A DNA stretch of 64,000 nt from an uncultured Bacteroidales bacterium. GTDB taxonomy: Bacteria > Bacteroidota > Bacteroidia > Bacteroidales > UBA10428. This document shows positions 48,690 through 58,458 of the stretch, in pieces (position 1 is the first letter of the stretch; every line of letters starts with the position of its first letter). The stretch is from contig CAVPIY010000010.1 in assembly GCA_963705125.1 (NCBI GenBank), positions 45,885-109,884 on the forward strand. Reading direction: 5' to 3'. Both the position numbers and the translations under genes were made by a program. The notes under the pieces were generated by a model that saw nothing but the letters and a program-made list of their open reading frames with translations, was not told the origin of the DNA and searched no databases.

Positions 48690-51600
48690 ATTTTATATAT
48701 ACCAATAAGCAAATTACTCCAAGTATTAAACAAGATGTCAGAAGAAAGACAATAGGTAGAATATTATGGACTTGAATAGGATCAGTTTTTCCTACTATTA
48801 CATATCCAGCCCAATAATATGGATGACTTTTCACAGGATCACAACTAAATAGAATACTTTTTTTAGCAATTTGAAGAGCATCATCAAGACTTTTTCCATG
48901 ACTCATTTCTTGGTAAAATACAGTAATAAGATTTGCGGAAGTTTTATCTGGTGCTGACCATAAAGTGTATGTCACAGATCGCACTCCTGTATAAAAGAAA
49001 CTTCTTGCAAGGCTCAATAATCCTTCTCCAAATTGAAGCCTGCCAAATCCTGTATTACAGCCACTTAAGACAACTAACTGTGCTTTTAAATTTAGCTGAT
49101 AAATCTCATAAGAATAAAGAAGACCATCATTTACTGAATCTGAAATAGTTGTTAGAATTAAGGAAGATAGGGTTGGAACTAAATTATCTAGTTTTGTGTG
49201 GGATGCAATATGAATCACCTTGTATTTTGGTGCTTCTAATTTAAAAAATGTTTCGTTTGCCAAAATGCCATCAAATAAATCTCCAGCAGTCATTTTTTTT
49301 GCAGCCATAACTTCTTCTTTGGCTCCATTAAGTTTAGAAAGACCATCAAACTCTTTTTGAAATTGTTTACTGATATTCGAATATTCAGGCAGGAAAAAGG
49401 CTACTTTGGAAATAGATTTTTGGTCATTTTGATTATCAAATAATAAAGTTCCAGAATAGGCGTAAGAAATTGGACATTCAAGAAACAAATACTTTAAAGT
49501 TTTGTAATTGATTGAAGATTCTGTATTAGGTAATTCAGTAATCAATAGTTCAAATGGAAATAAGTTGAGTTCATTATGGGGCACTATTATCAACCTTTTA
49601 TTCTTTATTTCATTCTTTATAGGGTCAATTAACCATTTATATAAGTAATGGGAATTCTGAGTAAATTCATTAAATGCAATATAAAGATCCTTTTTCATAG
49701 GGTTTCCTGATACAGATTCTCGAAAATTAAATATTTGCTTTTTCTCGTTTCCATTGAGAGGTATCAAATGAACTTTCAATATATTCTTTGCTACAATTAT
49801 TATTATTAATTCTGAACTTAATAATTGATACTCGATCAAGACCTGATCTCTCATTAATTGAGCCTGAATTTGATATATGTTTAGCACATTCAAGTTGTAC
49901 TTTAAGTCAAAATATCTTTTATAAGACCTTTCAAAAACTGAGGTTAATTGATCACTTTCCAGCTGTGCCAATGCTAATCTTTCCAAAAGAACTTGTTTCA
50001 TTGAAGATGATATCCCGTAACCTTCAACATTATAAAGTCGGTTCTGTAGGTTTAGTATTTCATTGTGTAAAAGGATTTCTTTTTCGATAAGAGAGTCAGG
50101 TATACCGGCATATACTTTAGTATTCTTTTTGTGATTGTTGATTAACATTATTAACATTTTACTTTTTTCTGCATATTGAAAGCTTCTATCAAAATAGGAT
50201 AAATTACCACTTAAATAGTAAAGCATAGTGGCAAAACTAATAGCATTGTTATATGTGACTTTTATCAGATCAATCAAATTAAATTCTGAGTTTTCATTAT
50301 CCAAATCAATTATCCTTTTTTCACAGAATTTTAAGGAAATCTCCTGACATTTTAGGGCAGCTTCCAAAAATCGGATATCCGCTCCTCCCTTTTCAAATAA
50401 CAAGTAAAGTGTAAAAGCCTTCAAATTCAAAGTTTCGATAATCAGTTTTTCTGTTGGAATTTCAGTCATGACTGGATTTAGAAATATCGAGGTATCACTG
50501 AAATATTTTGAACATGCTATTAGTGCTTGTTGATAATTTCGTAACGCTTCCATATAATTACCTTCATTTTTAAAATTAGATCCCATATCTCTCAGGATTG
50601 TAGCTTTTAGATCATTAGCTATGGAATGTTTCAAGGAAGTTACATACGCCTCAACTAAATACTTATAAGCATCATCCTTATTACCCAATTTCTTGTAAAT
50701 GCTTGATAAACAAAGATAAGAATATGCTTGAGCATCTCCACTTGACCAAGACGGCCTCTTTTTTGATATATCTAATCCTTTCCTTGTATAAGCGATAGCT
50801 CTTTCTGTATCTCCTAATGCAAAATATGAATAACCATTAAGGAGAAAACTGTAAATAAGGTTTGTCTTTATCCAAGGGCTTTTACTTTGTTGAACTTTTT
50901 CATAATTTTGAATAGCCAGCCTATAGTCTTTTTTATAAAAGAAATATACATTTGCTAAAAGAAAATAAATTTGATACATGGATACTATAAGAACAGGATG
51001 CTTATTAAGATAATTTTCAGATTCCTTAAGGTACACTAAAGATTTTTCATAATCGCCCATTAAATAAGCATACTGCCCCTGAAAAAAATAGAGTAATCCA
51101 AATTGGTAAAAACCGATTTTATGGTATTTCTGAAGTATATATGCAGCTTGATCCATAGTTTGTTTAGCAAGTATTAGATTGTATTCCTTATTTAAGTATA
51201 TCGCTGTCAGATTAAGAAAGTAGGTTAGTAGTTCTGGAGTGTCCAGATCTCCAAGTTCAGCGAAAAGAGAATCACTTTGAGATTTTGCCCATTTTACAAG
51301 GTCTAATCGATTAAAATAATAAGCAGCTAGTTGAAGGTTGGATAGATAATTTAGTTTTGTTACTTTTTCAGTTCGGGAATTGCCTATATTCCGAGACAAA
51401 GACATTAGATAATAGTTTATTGCATTAGCGGAATCCATAAGCTCATATCGGATATTCCCTAAAGCATAATACAATCTTGCAACATCTTTTTCAGGAACTG
51501 AGTTTTCACTCTTTAAGAAGATCTGAGCTTTTTCTAACCACTTTTGGGATTCATTAACCTGGCATTTCATTTCCATTAATAGGCCTTTGTTCATTGTATA

Positions 51601-51963
51601 AAGAAAATCTATCACGCATAAGTTATTAAATATTGTTTTTTTACTTTTATTAACAAGTTCAAGAATTCTACTTGCATTAGATAGATCACCCATCTGTAAG
51701 TAAACTTCACATTTACGAAGTAGTAGGTGTATTTCTCTTTCAGGACTATTGAAGGCCTTAAATAATTCATGATCAACCGTAGCTAATGCTTTAAGATAAT
51801 AGCCGTTTTGTTGAGGTATATATCCAAGAGAATCAGAAGATTCAATAAATTTAGAAAAACCAAATATGTGGATGGAGAAAATTAGTGAAAAGATAAACAA
51901 AAAGAAAATTGACTTAATAATTATGGACCTAACATTATTAAAAGGAAATTTTGATAATTTCAT
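48667..51963 (-). CDS. TPR-CHAT caspase-like protease with N-terminal signal/TM and C-terminal TM
   Basis: LIIVPHNEL...PFELL, VIHIASH (His), LVVLSGCNTG (Cys), GEGLLSLARSF, HPYYWAGY. Confidence 0.93.
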   Translation of the reverse strand: MKLSKFPFNNVRSIIIKSIFFLFIFSLIFSIHIFGFSKFIESSDSLGYIPQQNGYYLKALATVDHELFKAFNSPEREIHLLLRKCEVYLQMGDLSNASRILELVNKSKKTIFNNLCVIDFLYTMNKGLLMEMKCQVNESQKWLEKAQIFLKSENSVPEKDVARLYYALGNIRYELMDSANAINYYLMSLSRNIGNSRTEKVTKLNYLSNLQLAAYYFNRLDLVKWAKSQSDSLFAELGDLDTPELLTYFLNLTAIYLNKEYNLILAKQTMDQAAYILQKYHKIGFYQFGLLYFFQGQYAYLMGDYEKSLVYLKESENYLNKHPVLIVSMYQIYFLLANVYFFYKKDYRLAIQNYEKVQQSKSPWIKTNLIYSFLLNGYSYFALGDTERAIAYTRKGLDISKKRPSWSSGDAQAYSYLCLSSIYKKLGNKDDAYKYLVEAYVTSLKHSIANDLKATILRDMGSNFKNEGNYMEALRNYQQALIACSKYFSDTSIFLNPVMTEIPTEKLIIETLNLKAFTLYLLFEKGGADIRFLEAALKCQEISLKFCEKRIIDLDNENSEFNLIDLIKVTYNNAISFATMLYYLSGNLSYFDRSFQYAEKSKMLIMLINNHKKNTKVYAGIPDSLIEKEILLHNEILNLQNRLYNVEGYGISSSMKQVLLERLALAQLESDQLTSVFERSYKRYFDLKYNLNVLNIYQIQAQLMRDQVLIEYQLLSSELIIIIVAKNILKVHLIPLNGNEKKQIFNFRESVSGNPMKKDLYIAFNEFTQNSHYLYKWLIDPIKNEIKNKRLIIVPHNELNLFPFELLITELPNTESSINYKTLKYLFLECPISYAYSGTLLFDNQNDQKSISKVAFFLPEYSNISKQFQKEFDGLSKLNGAKEEVMAAKKMTAGDLFDGILANETFFKLEAPKYKVIHIASHTKLDNLVPTLSSLILTTISDSVNDGLLYSYEIYQLNLKAQLVVLSGCNTGFGRLQFGEGLLSLARSFFYTGVRSVTYTLWSAPDKTSANLITVFYQEMSHGKSLDDALQIAKKSILFSCDPVKSHPYYWAGYVIVGKTDPIQVHNILPIVFLLTSCLILGVICLLVYIKFKFLVCE

Positions 51964-52119
51964 TTAAACATTCTAGTATCAATTTGATTACTAGCTTTAG
52001 TATAAGATGTATAAAAGTAATCAAATTAATTAAATATACACGAGAAGAAGTATAATAATTTTCATAATGGTCTAAAAAAGCTGGATAGGAATTTAATAAC
52101 TTTAATATTTCTGTCGAAA

Positions 52120-52265
52120 AAAAAAGACGAAAATTTAGCGCTGAATTTAAGGCCAAGGTTGCGATTGAAGCAATAAAGTAAATCAAGTCGGTATCTGAAC
52201 TTGCACATATCTACCAGGTTCATCCAAATCTAATCACACAATGGAAAAAGGAATTTCTTTCCCGT
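52120..52265 (+). mobile_element. IS3 family orfA remnant
   Basis: KRRKFSAEFKAKVAIEAIK*IKSVSELAHIYQVHPNLITQWKKEFL with internal stop. Confidence 0.85.
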
Positions 52266-52454
52266 AACTTACCTAACTTTATTCAAATTTACATTATGAA
52301 GATCAATAACCCTCCCCCCATGCCTCCCATCAACATTTGCCTGGTGGAGTAGGATGACTAAGGGTTAGCTGTATGATGTAAGATGGCAGAAGGAAGTGTC
52401 AAGCTATCAATAAATAGTATTGAATAAAGATAACATGAAGTAATTTTAAAGTTT

Positions 52455-52602
52455 AAGCTCCGAGCATGTAGACCAATGAATCAATGATGCTTTAAAGCCC
52501 CATAAGGAAGTGTGGTCTCATTTGGTTTTAGTATAGTAATTGGTGCCTTCACGAGCCCATATAATAGAATAAGATGACTTCGACCAAATGACCCGAGGCA
52601 AT
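52455..52602 (+). ncRNA. Candidate IS110 bridge RNA
   Basis: Non-coding leader with stems AGACCA/TGGTCT and TCATTTGGT/ACCAAATGA; loop ATATAATAGA identical to the right-end sequence 58433-58442. Confidence 0.55.
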
Positions 52603-52622
52603 AAACTTTAAAAATTATTACT

Positions 52623-53373
52623 ATGTCTAAGAAAGCGAAAATTTTGAAAAAAGACAAAGAAAGGGAGTTGTTAATTGTAAATCCTGACGCTGCGGGGATT
52701 GATATATCCAGTACGGAGTACCAGGTATGTGTTCCGGAAAACAGGGATAAGGATTACAACAGGAAATTTGACAGTTTTACCTGTGATCTTCATGCCATTG
52801 CAAGGTGGTTAAAGCAATGTCATATAGAGACAATAGCCTTGGAAGCAACAGGGATATACTGGGTACAGATATTTTTATTACTGCAAGATTATGGTTTTGA
52901 TGTAATACTTGTCAATGCAAAACATATCAAGAATATTGCAGGGAAGAAAACAGATGTTGTGGATGCCAGCTGGATTCAGATACTTCATTCCTATGGGCTA
53001 CTGGAAGCAAGCTTTCAACCGGATAATTATACCCGTCAATTACGCAATATCACCCGGCATCGGGAAAGTCTGGTACATACAGCAGCCCGTAGTGCGCAAC
53101 ATATGCAAAAAGCGCTGGAAATGATGAACATTAAGGTACATAAGGTTATTAGTGATATTCTGGGCAAGTCCGGCATAGCTATCATTAAAGACATACTATC
53201 CTGCCAAAGAAATGCTTTGCAACTGGCATTGAATGCTGACAGCAGAATAAAAGCGACAAAAGAAAAACTCATCAAATCATTGGAAGGAAATTGGAGCAAT
53301 GATCAATTGTTCATTCTTAAACAAGCATATGAAAGCTATGAATTTAAAAAACGACAAATTGATGATTGTGACA
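52623..53373 (+). pseudogene. IS110 recombinase, N-terminal DEDD part
   Basis: AAGIDIS, ALEATGIYW, KKTDVVDA; interrupted after 53373. Confidence 0.92.
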
Positions 53374-53598
53374 TACTGCTGATGCGTTAAAAATTGATTG
53401 CAAAGAAATCATATTGTTTTTGACTTATTGAATACCTGGAAATATGCTGTAAAAAGCACGGAGTGTTTGAACCTGCCAGCCGGCAGGCGGGCGTAAATCA
53501 AATTGTGCCGCTCCGCGGCTAAAAACAAATCTGCACAATGAAACACACTTACAAAAATTCCTTACTTTGCAGATCACACATACAAATATGCAGGTAAA

Positions 53599-53765
53599 TT
53601 GAAGCTCCTCGCAGCACGCCACGAGGAACCGGAACAGCCTGCCCCGATCTATCGGTGAAGTGTAGCTCAGCGCAGCTAATCTTAGATCCCCAAATAGGTA
53701 TTTTATATTTTTATGCTCGCTTACTCCATGGCAAGCCACAGGGCATGCGCTCGCGGGGATTCAAA
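53599..53765 (+). mobile_element. IS200/IS605-like non-autonomous palindromic element (long copy)
   Basis: TTGAAGCTCCTCGCAGCACGCCACGAGGAA ... CCATGGCAAGCCACAGG ... GGATTCAA. Confidence 0.6.
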
Positions 53766-54073
53766 TCAAAAAATCAAAGAATGCTTATATTATATTTAAT
53801 ATCACTAATGGGTACTAAATATTAATAATAGTTCTTTGAAATTCTTTGTATATCGCACTTGTAACGTTTTTTCAATGCGTGACGATTTGAATTGAAAAGT
53901 TGGATTTTTGCTTTGAACAAAGCATTAATCCATGAATCAAGGCAAATATATTTTCGCACAGCTTACAGATGTGAGCGGTAACTACAAATGCACAAAATCG
54001 GTAAATAAGAAGGTAAGGATTTCTGCAAAGTTAATTTCCGATTTTCAGAACAAATATAAAAAGAACAGTATGA

Positions 54074-54820
54074 TCAAAAAATGGTTTTCCGGTTATCCAT
54101 TCGAAAAGATTTTCCAGAGAGTTTAACCACTTCACATTTAAAAAGTAATCTATCTAAAATAGCTGTAGCAAGGACCTCGTCTTCAAGGATATTCACCCAT
54201 TCATCAGGACTTTTATTTGTTGTGATGATCATTGAAGCGTCCTGGTGCAGATGGTCGATGAGATTAAATAAGGATACTGCTTGTTTTTTCTCCATGGGGA
54301 ACATCATAATGTCATCAATAACCATCAGATCAGTTTTAAGTATCGTATTATATTCATAGGCAGCGGTTTTGGTAAAATCTTTCATTTTAAGGATATGATT
54401 GAGTTGTTCCATTGTTCTGAAGCAAGCTTTGTAACCTTTTTTAAGGGCATCATGGCAAAGACCTGCTGCAATAAAAGTTTTACCTGTTCCGCTGGGTCCC
54501 ATGAGAACCAGGTTAAAGTTCTGCTCCAGCCATAAGCATTCTCTCAGTTGTGACAGCTGTTGTTTGGATATTCCTTTTTGTTGATTATCCTGCCAAAGGT
54601 CAAGATTATTGCTTATAGGAAGCTTGGCGATCTTCATTCGCTTTTGCAGATTCTGCCGGTTACGATAACTGATCTCTGCATCCATCAATGCCATGGCAAA
54701 ATCCAGGTAGCTGATCTGTTCCTTCTGGGCATTGATCAGAAGGGTATCTAAATCGGCACCGATGCCTGTCAGTTTAAGTTGCCTGGCAAGATTGCGCAGG
54801 TAATCTGTTTTTGATTCCAT
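54074..54820 (-). CDS. istB: IS21 helper ATPase
   Basis: GPSGTGKT, IDDI, IITTN, AILDRLL, GKSFR. Confidence 0.95.
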   Translation of the reverse strand: MESKTDYLRNLARQLKLTGIGADLDTLLINAQKEQISYLDFAMALMDAEISYRNRQNLQKRMKIAKLPISNNLDLWQDNQQKGISKQQLSQLRECLWLEQNFNLVLMGPSGTGKTFIAAGLCHDALKKGYKACFRTMEQLNHILKMKDFTKTAAYEYNTILKTDLMVIDDIMMFPMEKKQAVSLFNLIDHLHQDASMIITTNKSPDEWVNILEDEVLATAILDRLLFKCEVVKLSGKSFRMDNRKTIF

Positions 54821-54822
54821 GG

Positions 54823-56366
54823 TTAGTTTAGTATTTGTTTGTAATCGGATATACTGCTTTTCTGGGGATAGATCTGATATCGCTTCTTATCCATAACAGG
54901 ATTGTTTTCAGTTGACTTATCCGGAGCAGCCGGATCATTTGCCAGGGTAAGCAACACCGGTTCAAAATCTGTTGCATTGGTAATTTTGTTTTCTAAACAA
55001 TATTTAAGAGCAAGATCCATGTCCTGCTTTATATATTTACCGGCCAGGCTGGTGATCAATTTGATCTGATCACGGATATACCGGGGTTTATTATCCCGTA
55101 TCTGTTCCAGATAAATGCAGGCAGCCGGTGGATCACTGAACAGTAAAGAAGCCTGCCGGATCAGTTCGGTTATTTTATGAGAATGGTCCCTACGATGATT
55201 ATTATTTCGAACGGTAACCCCTTTTAATGAACTGACCTGGTGTTTTGCAATAATACTTCCCTGACTGATCGGATATGATTAACATGTCTTCCTGCTGTTT
55301 GATAAACATCCTGGTTAAGGGACCCTGGTAGGGTACCGGTAGGGAGAGTGTATTTTGTTCCTTTATATTGGATTGTATTGTCTTTTCTAACACCGGTACT
55401 GTTATCTTGCTGCTGCATGATATACGAGTTTAAAAGTGGTTTTAAGTGGGCTTTTTCAATGGCCCATTCCAGGGCCGGTATCTTACGGGTAGTGGCGTGC
55501 TCTTTCGCATTAGCTGTTCGTGCCAACCAGTCAATACCTTGTGCGTTTAGTGTTGGATTGTCAAAATATGTCCTGCCGCGTAGGAAATTGTATTTTATAT
55601 ACCCGATCACATTCTCGATCTTTCCTTTGCTCTGCGGATCGTTTTTTCGGCAGAAGTAAAGTTCAAATCCGCGGTACTGACGATAACTTCGAAAGGCTTC
55701 CGTTAATAGCAGATCGCCAACATTTTCACTAACAAGCAGCAGCTTGTCCTGGTCATACACAATCTCACCGGGAATGCCACCAAAGCATGCAAAGGCTTCT
55801 TCATGAGCTTGTATGGACATCAGTGTTGTAAACGGAATATCAGAAAAACAAACATACTTATGTCTGGATCGTGAAAGCACAATTGCAAATAAGTAAACCT
55901 ACTTTCTGCGGCCCTCAGTGTCAGTCATATTATACTCACCAAAATCGGCTTGTGCCTGTGCTCCATAGGGAAGTTCCGCAACCGCCGTATATTGACGGCT
56001 ATCAAATACTTTGGGTATCCGGTACTTATTGCGGACAAGGAGAACAAAATTGTAAACGGTCTTTATGCTCACATCTTCAAAATCAGGGTGACATTCTTTT
56101 AGCCAATCGTGAACCTGGGCCGAAGATGCCTCAGTGCAATCGGCTAATCGCCTGTGTACAAAATCTTCGTACTCTGCCAATTTTTTAGTCCGTTGCTCCA
56201 GTTTAACCTGGTAGGTAGCAAACTCCTGTTCAGTCATGGCAAGGTACTTTTTAACCGTACGTGTATCCATACCCAGGAAAGAAGCAATCTGAGATGGCTG
56301 CTTACCTGTACGCTTCTGCTGATGTATCTCATGGTACATAATAAGTTGATTGAAGTAATGGTTCAT
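54823..56366 (-). pseudogene. istA: IS21 transposase, frameshifted into several ORFs
   Basis: AQADFGE, LSRSRHKY, IVYDQ, PQSKGKIE across ORFs 55899-56366, 55224-55880 and 54823-55059. Confidence 0.88.
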
Positions 56367-57800
56367 CTTTCCTGATTTTTAGTTGAAAAACCAAAAATCA
56401 GATTAATACTTGAAATCTCAGAGGGAAAGCCCTCGAGGGCTTTCCCTCTGAGTTCTCATTCCATAAATCAATCAGAAATTAAAAGAGTAAAGCTTGCATT
56501 CTTATTTACCGAAATCTTGCAAACTTATTTACCGAAAATCTACATTCTTATTTACCGAAAACTTGCATTGTTATTTACCGATTACAACAGATTTTTTACC
56601 ACGTAGGATCTTTGACCGAATTGTGAAAAACCATGAAGGAAACAAATATGTCAGATCCTTCACTTGTTGGAACCAGATGCTCTGTATGGTTTTTGGTCAA
56701 CTCACTTCAAGAGATAGTATGCGTGATTTGATGTTGAGCCTTGAGGCGCATCAACCAAAATACTACCACCTTGGATTTGGACAAACCATAACACGGAGAA
56801 ATCTCGGAAAAGCCAATGAAAAACGCAGTTATAAAATCTTTGAGGAGTTTGCATATGTATTAATTGAGGAAGCCCGAAAAAGCTGTTATAAAAAAGATTT
56901 CGAAGTCGAGGTTGACGGTAATGTGTATGCTTTGGATTCCACAACCATTGACCTTTGTCTGAGCGTTTTCTGGTGGGCTGAGTTCAGAAAGCATAAGGGA
57001 GGGATTAAACTTCATACATTGTATGACATAAAGACTTCCATCCCTAGCTTTTTACATATCTCCAATGCAAGTGTCCATGATGTCAATATCCTTGATCTTA
57101 TACCATATGAAGTTGGGAAGCTACTATGTTATGGATAAAGGTTATATTGATTTTAGTCGTTTGCATAAGCTTCACTCACAAGGGTCATTCTTTGTCACAA
57201 GAGCTAAAGACAACATGCGTTTTAAACGGATGTATTCCAAAGCCAGTAGATAAAACAACAGGCGTAAAAAGCGATCAGATTGGTAAACTGGAAATGTATT
57301 ACTCTAAAAAAGACTACCCTGACAAGCTTCGTCGAATCAAATATTATGACGAGGAACATAAAAGGGATTTGGTATTCTTAACCAATAATATAAATCTGAA
57401 TGCCAATGAAATAGCCATGCTTTATAAGAAACGCTGGGAAGTTGAGATGTTTTTCAAATGGATGAAACAGCATTTGAAAATCAAATCCTTTTGGGGTACG
57501 ACTTTAAATGCCGTCAAAGTGCAAATTTATTGTGCAATTATCGCATACTGTCTGGTTGCCATAATTGGTTACAAATTGAAAGTTGACCGTCCAATCTACG
57601 AAATTTTACAAATTCTCAGCATTTCTCTACTAGACAAAACTCCTATAAGAGAGATACTTACAAAATGCGATTACAAGAATGTCAAAGAACTTGATTCTAA
57701 ACAATTAAAAATCTGTGGGTTTTAAGTGCCCACTACTGATTTAATATCAATAATATATGAATATTTTTAAAGAGTTAACGCATCACCAGTAATTGTGACA

Positions 57801-58408
57801 AAGAAATTGAGACATATCTGAACTCACTCCCGGGTAATAAAAAAAACACAGATGAAGCATTAATCCGGTCACAAAAAAGAAAAGGCAAAAAAAATGATCT
57901 GACTTTCAACGGAGAAATCATGGCTTATAAAACCTTTGGGGTTAATCTTACAAGAATACCAGGTATCAGTAATCTGACCATTATTAAATTACTATCAGAG
58001 CTTGGCTCTGATTTTACCAATAAGTTTCCTGATCATAAGAGATTTTCTTCATGTGCTAATGTAGTCCCAAATAATAAAATATCTGGAGGGAAAATATTGA
58101 CAAGCTATGTACCAAGGAAGAAAAATTCCGTTGGCAATATTTTAAGAATGGCTGCCTCAACCTTAAAAAAAAGTAAATCTGCCTTGGGAGATTATTTCAG
58201 AAAGATCCAATCAAGACAGGGTTATGCACAAGCTGTTGTAGCTACAGCAAATAAACTGGCAAGAATTATTTATACACTTGTTAGTAAACAGATTGAATAT
58301 GATGATAAATTGGTTATAAACAAAAGCAAGGAAGCATTAATTAAGAAATTGAATTATCATAAACGAAGCATAATCAATATTGAAACTGAAATATATTCAT
58401 ATGCTTGA
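57801..58408 (+). pseudogene. IS110 recombinase, C-terminal part
   Basis: LTRIPGIS, NKISGG (catalytic Ser region), AVVATANKLARIIY; in frame with the N-terminal part once the insert is removed. Confidence 0.92.
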
Positions 58409-58458
58409 TTATGTGCTTTTTGCAAAGTTGTTATATAATAGATTCTTAAAAAGGATCA

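Larger units (their letters stand above)
53970..56586 (-). mobile_element. IS21 family element
   Basis: TG...CA ends with IR, repeated TTATTTACCGA sites, 5-bp TSD ACAGA (53965-53969, 56587-56591). Confidence 0.93.
53932..57725 (+). pseudogene. IS4 transposase (split by IS21; further frameshifts near 57118 and 57243)
   Basis: MNQGKYIFAQLTD rejoins FLPRRIFD; DSTTIDL, DKGY, YKKRWEVEMFFKWMKQHL. Confidence 0.9.
53803..57738 (+). mobile_element. IS4 family element (DUF4372 transposase) interrupted by IS21
   Basis: TIR CACTAATGGGTACT / AGTGCCCACTACTG; TSD ATTTAATAT at 53794-53802 and 57739-57747. Confidence 0.9.
53374..57791. mobile_element. IS4-like non-autonomous element (MITE) carrying nested insertions
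   Basis: TIR TACTGCTGATGCGTTAA / TTAACGCATCACCAGTA (16/17); 9-bp TSD ATTGTGACA at 53365-53373 and 57792-57800. Confidence 0.88.
52428..58443 (+). mobile_element. IS110 family element, interrupted (ends inferred)
   Basis: AGAT core at both putative junctions (52428, 58440); subterminal ATAACA / TGTTAT. Confidence 0.7.

Noticed and set aside
47399-51963. Type III-E CRISPR Craspase locus
   Set aside because: No cas genes and no repeat-spacer array anywhere in the window; only the CHAT/sigma logic is analogous.
56503-56581. Regularly spaced TTATTTACCGA repeats as a mini CRISPR or iterons
   Set aside because: They are the multiple terminal repeats typical of IS21 ends.
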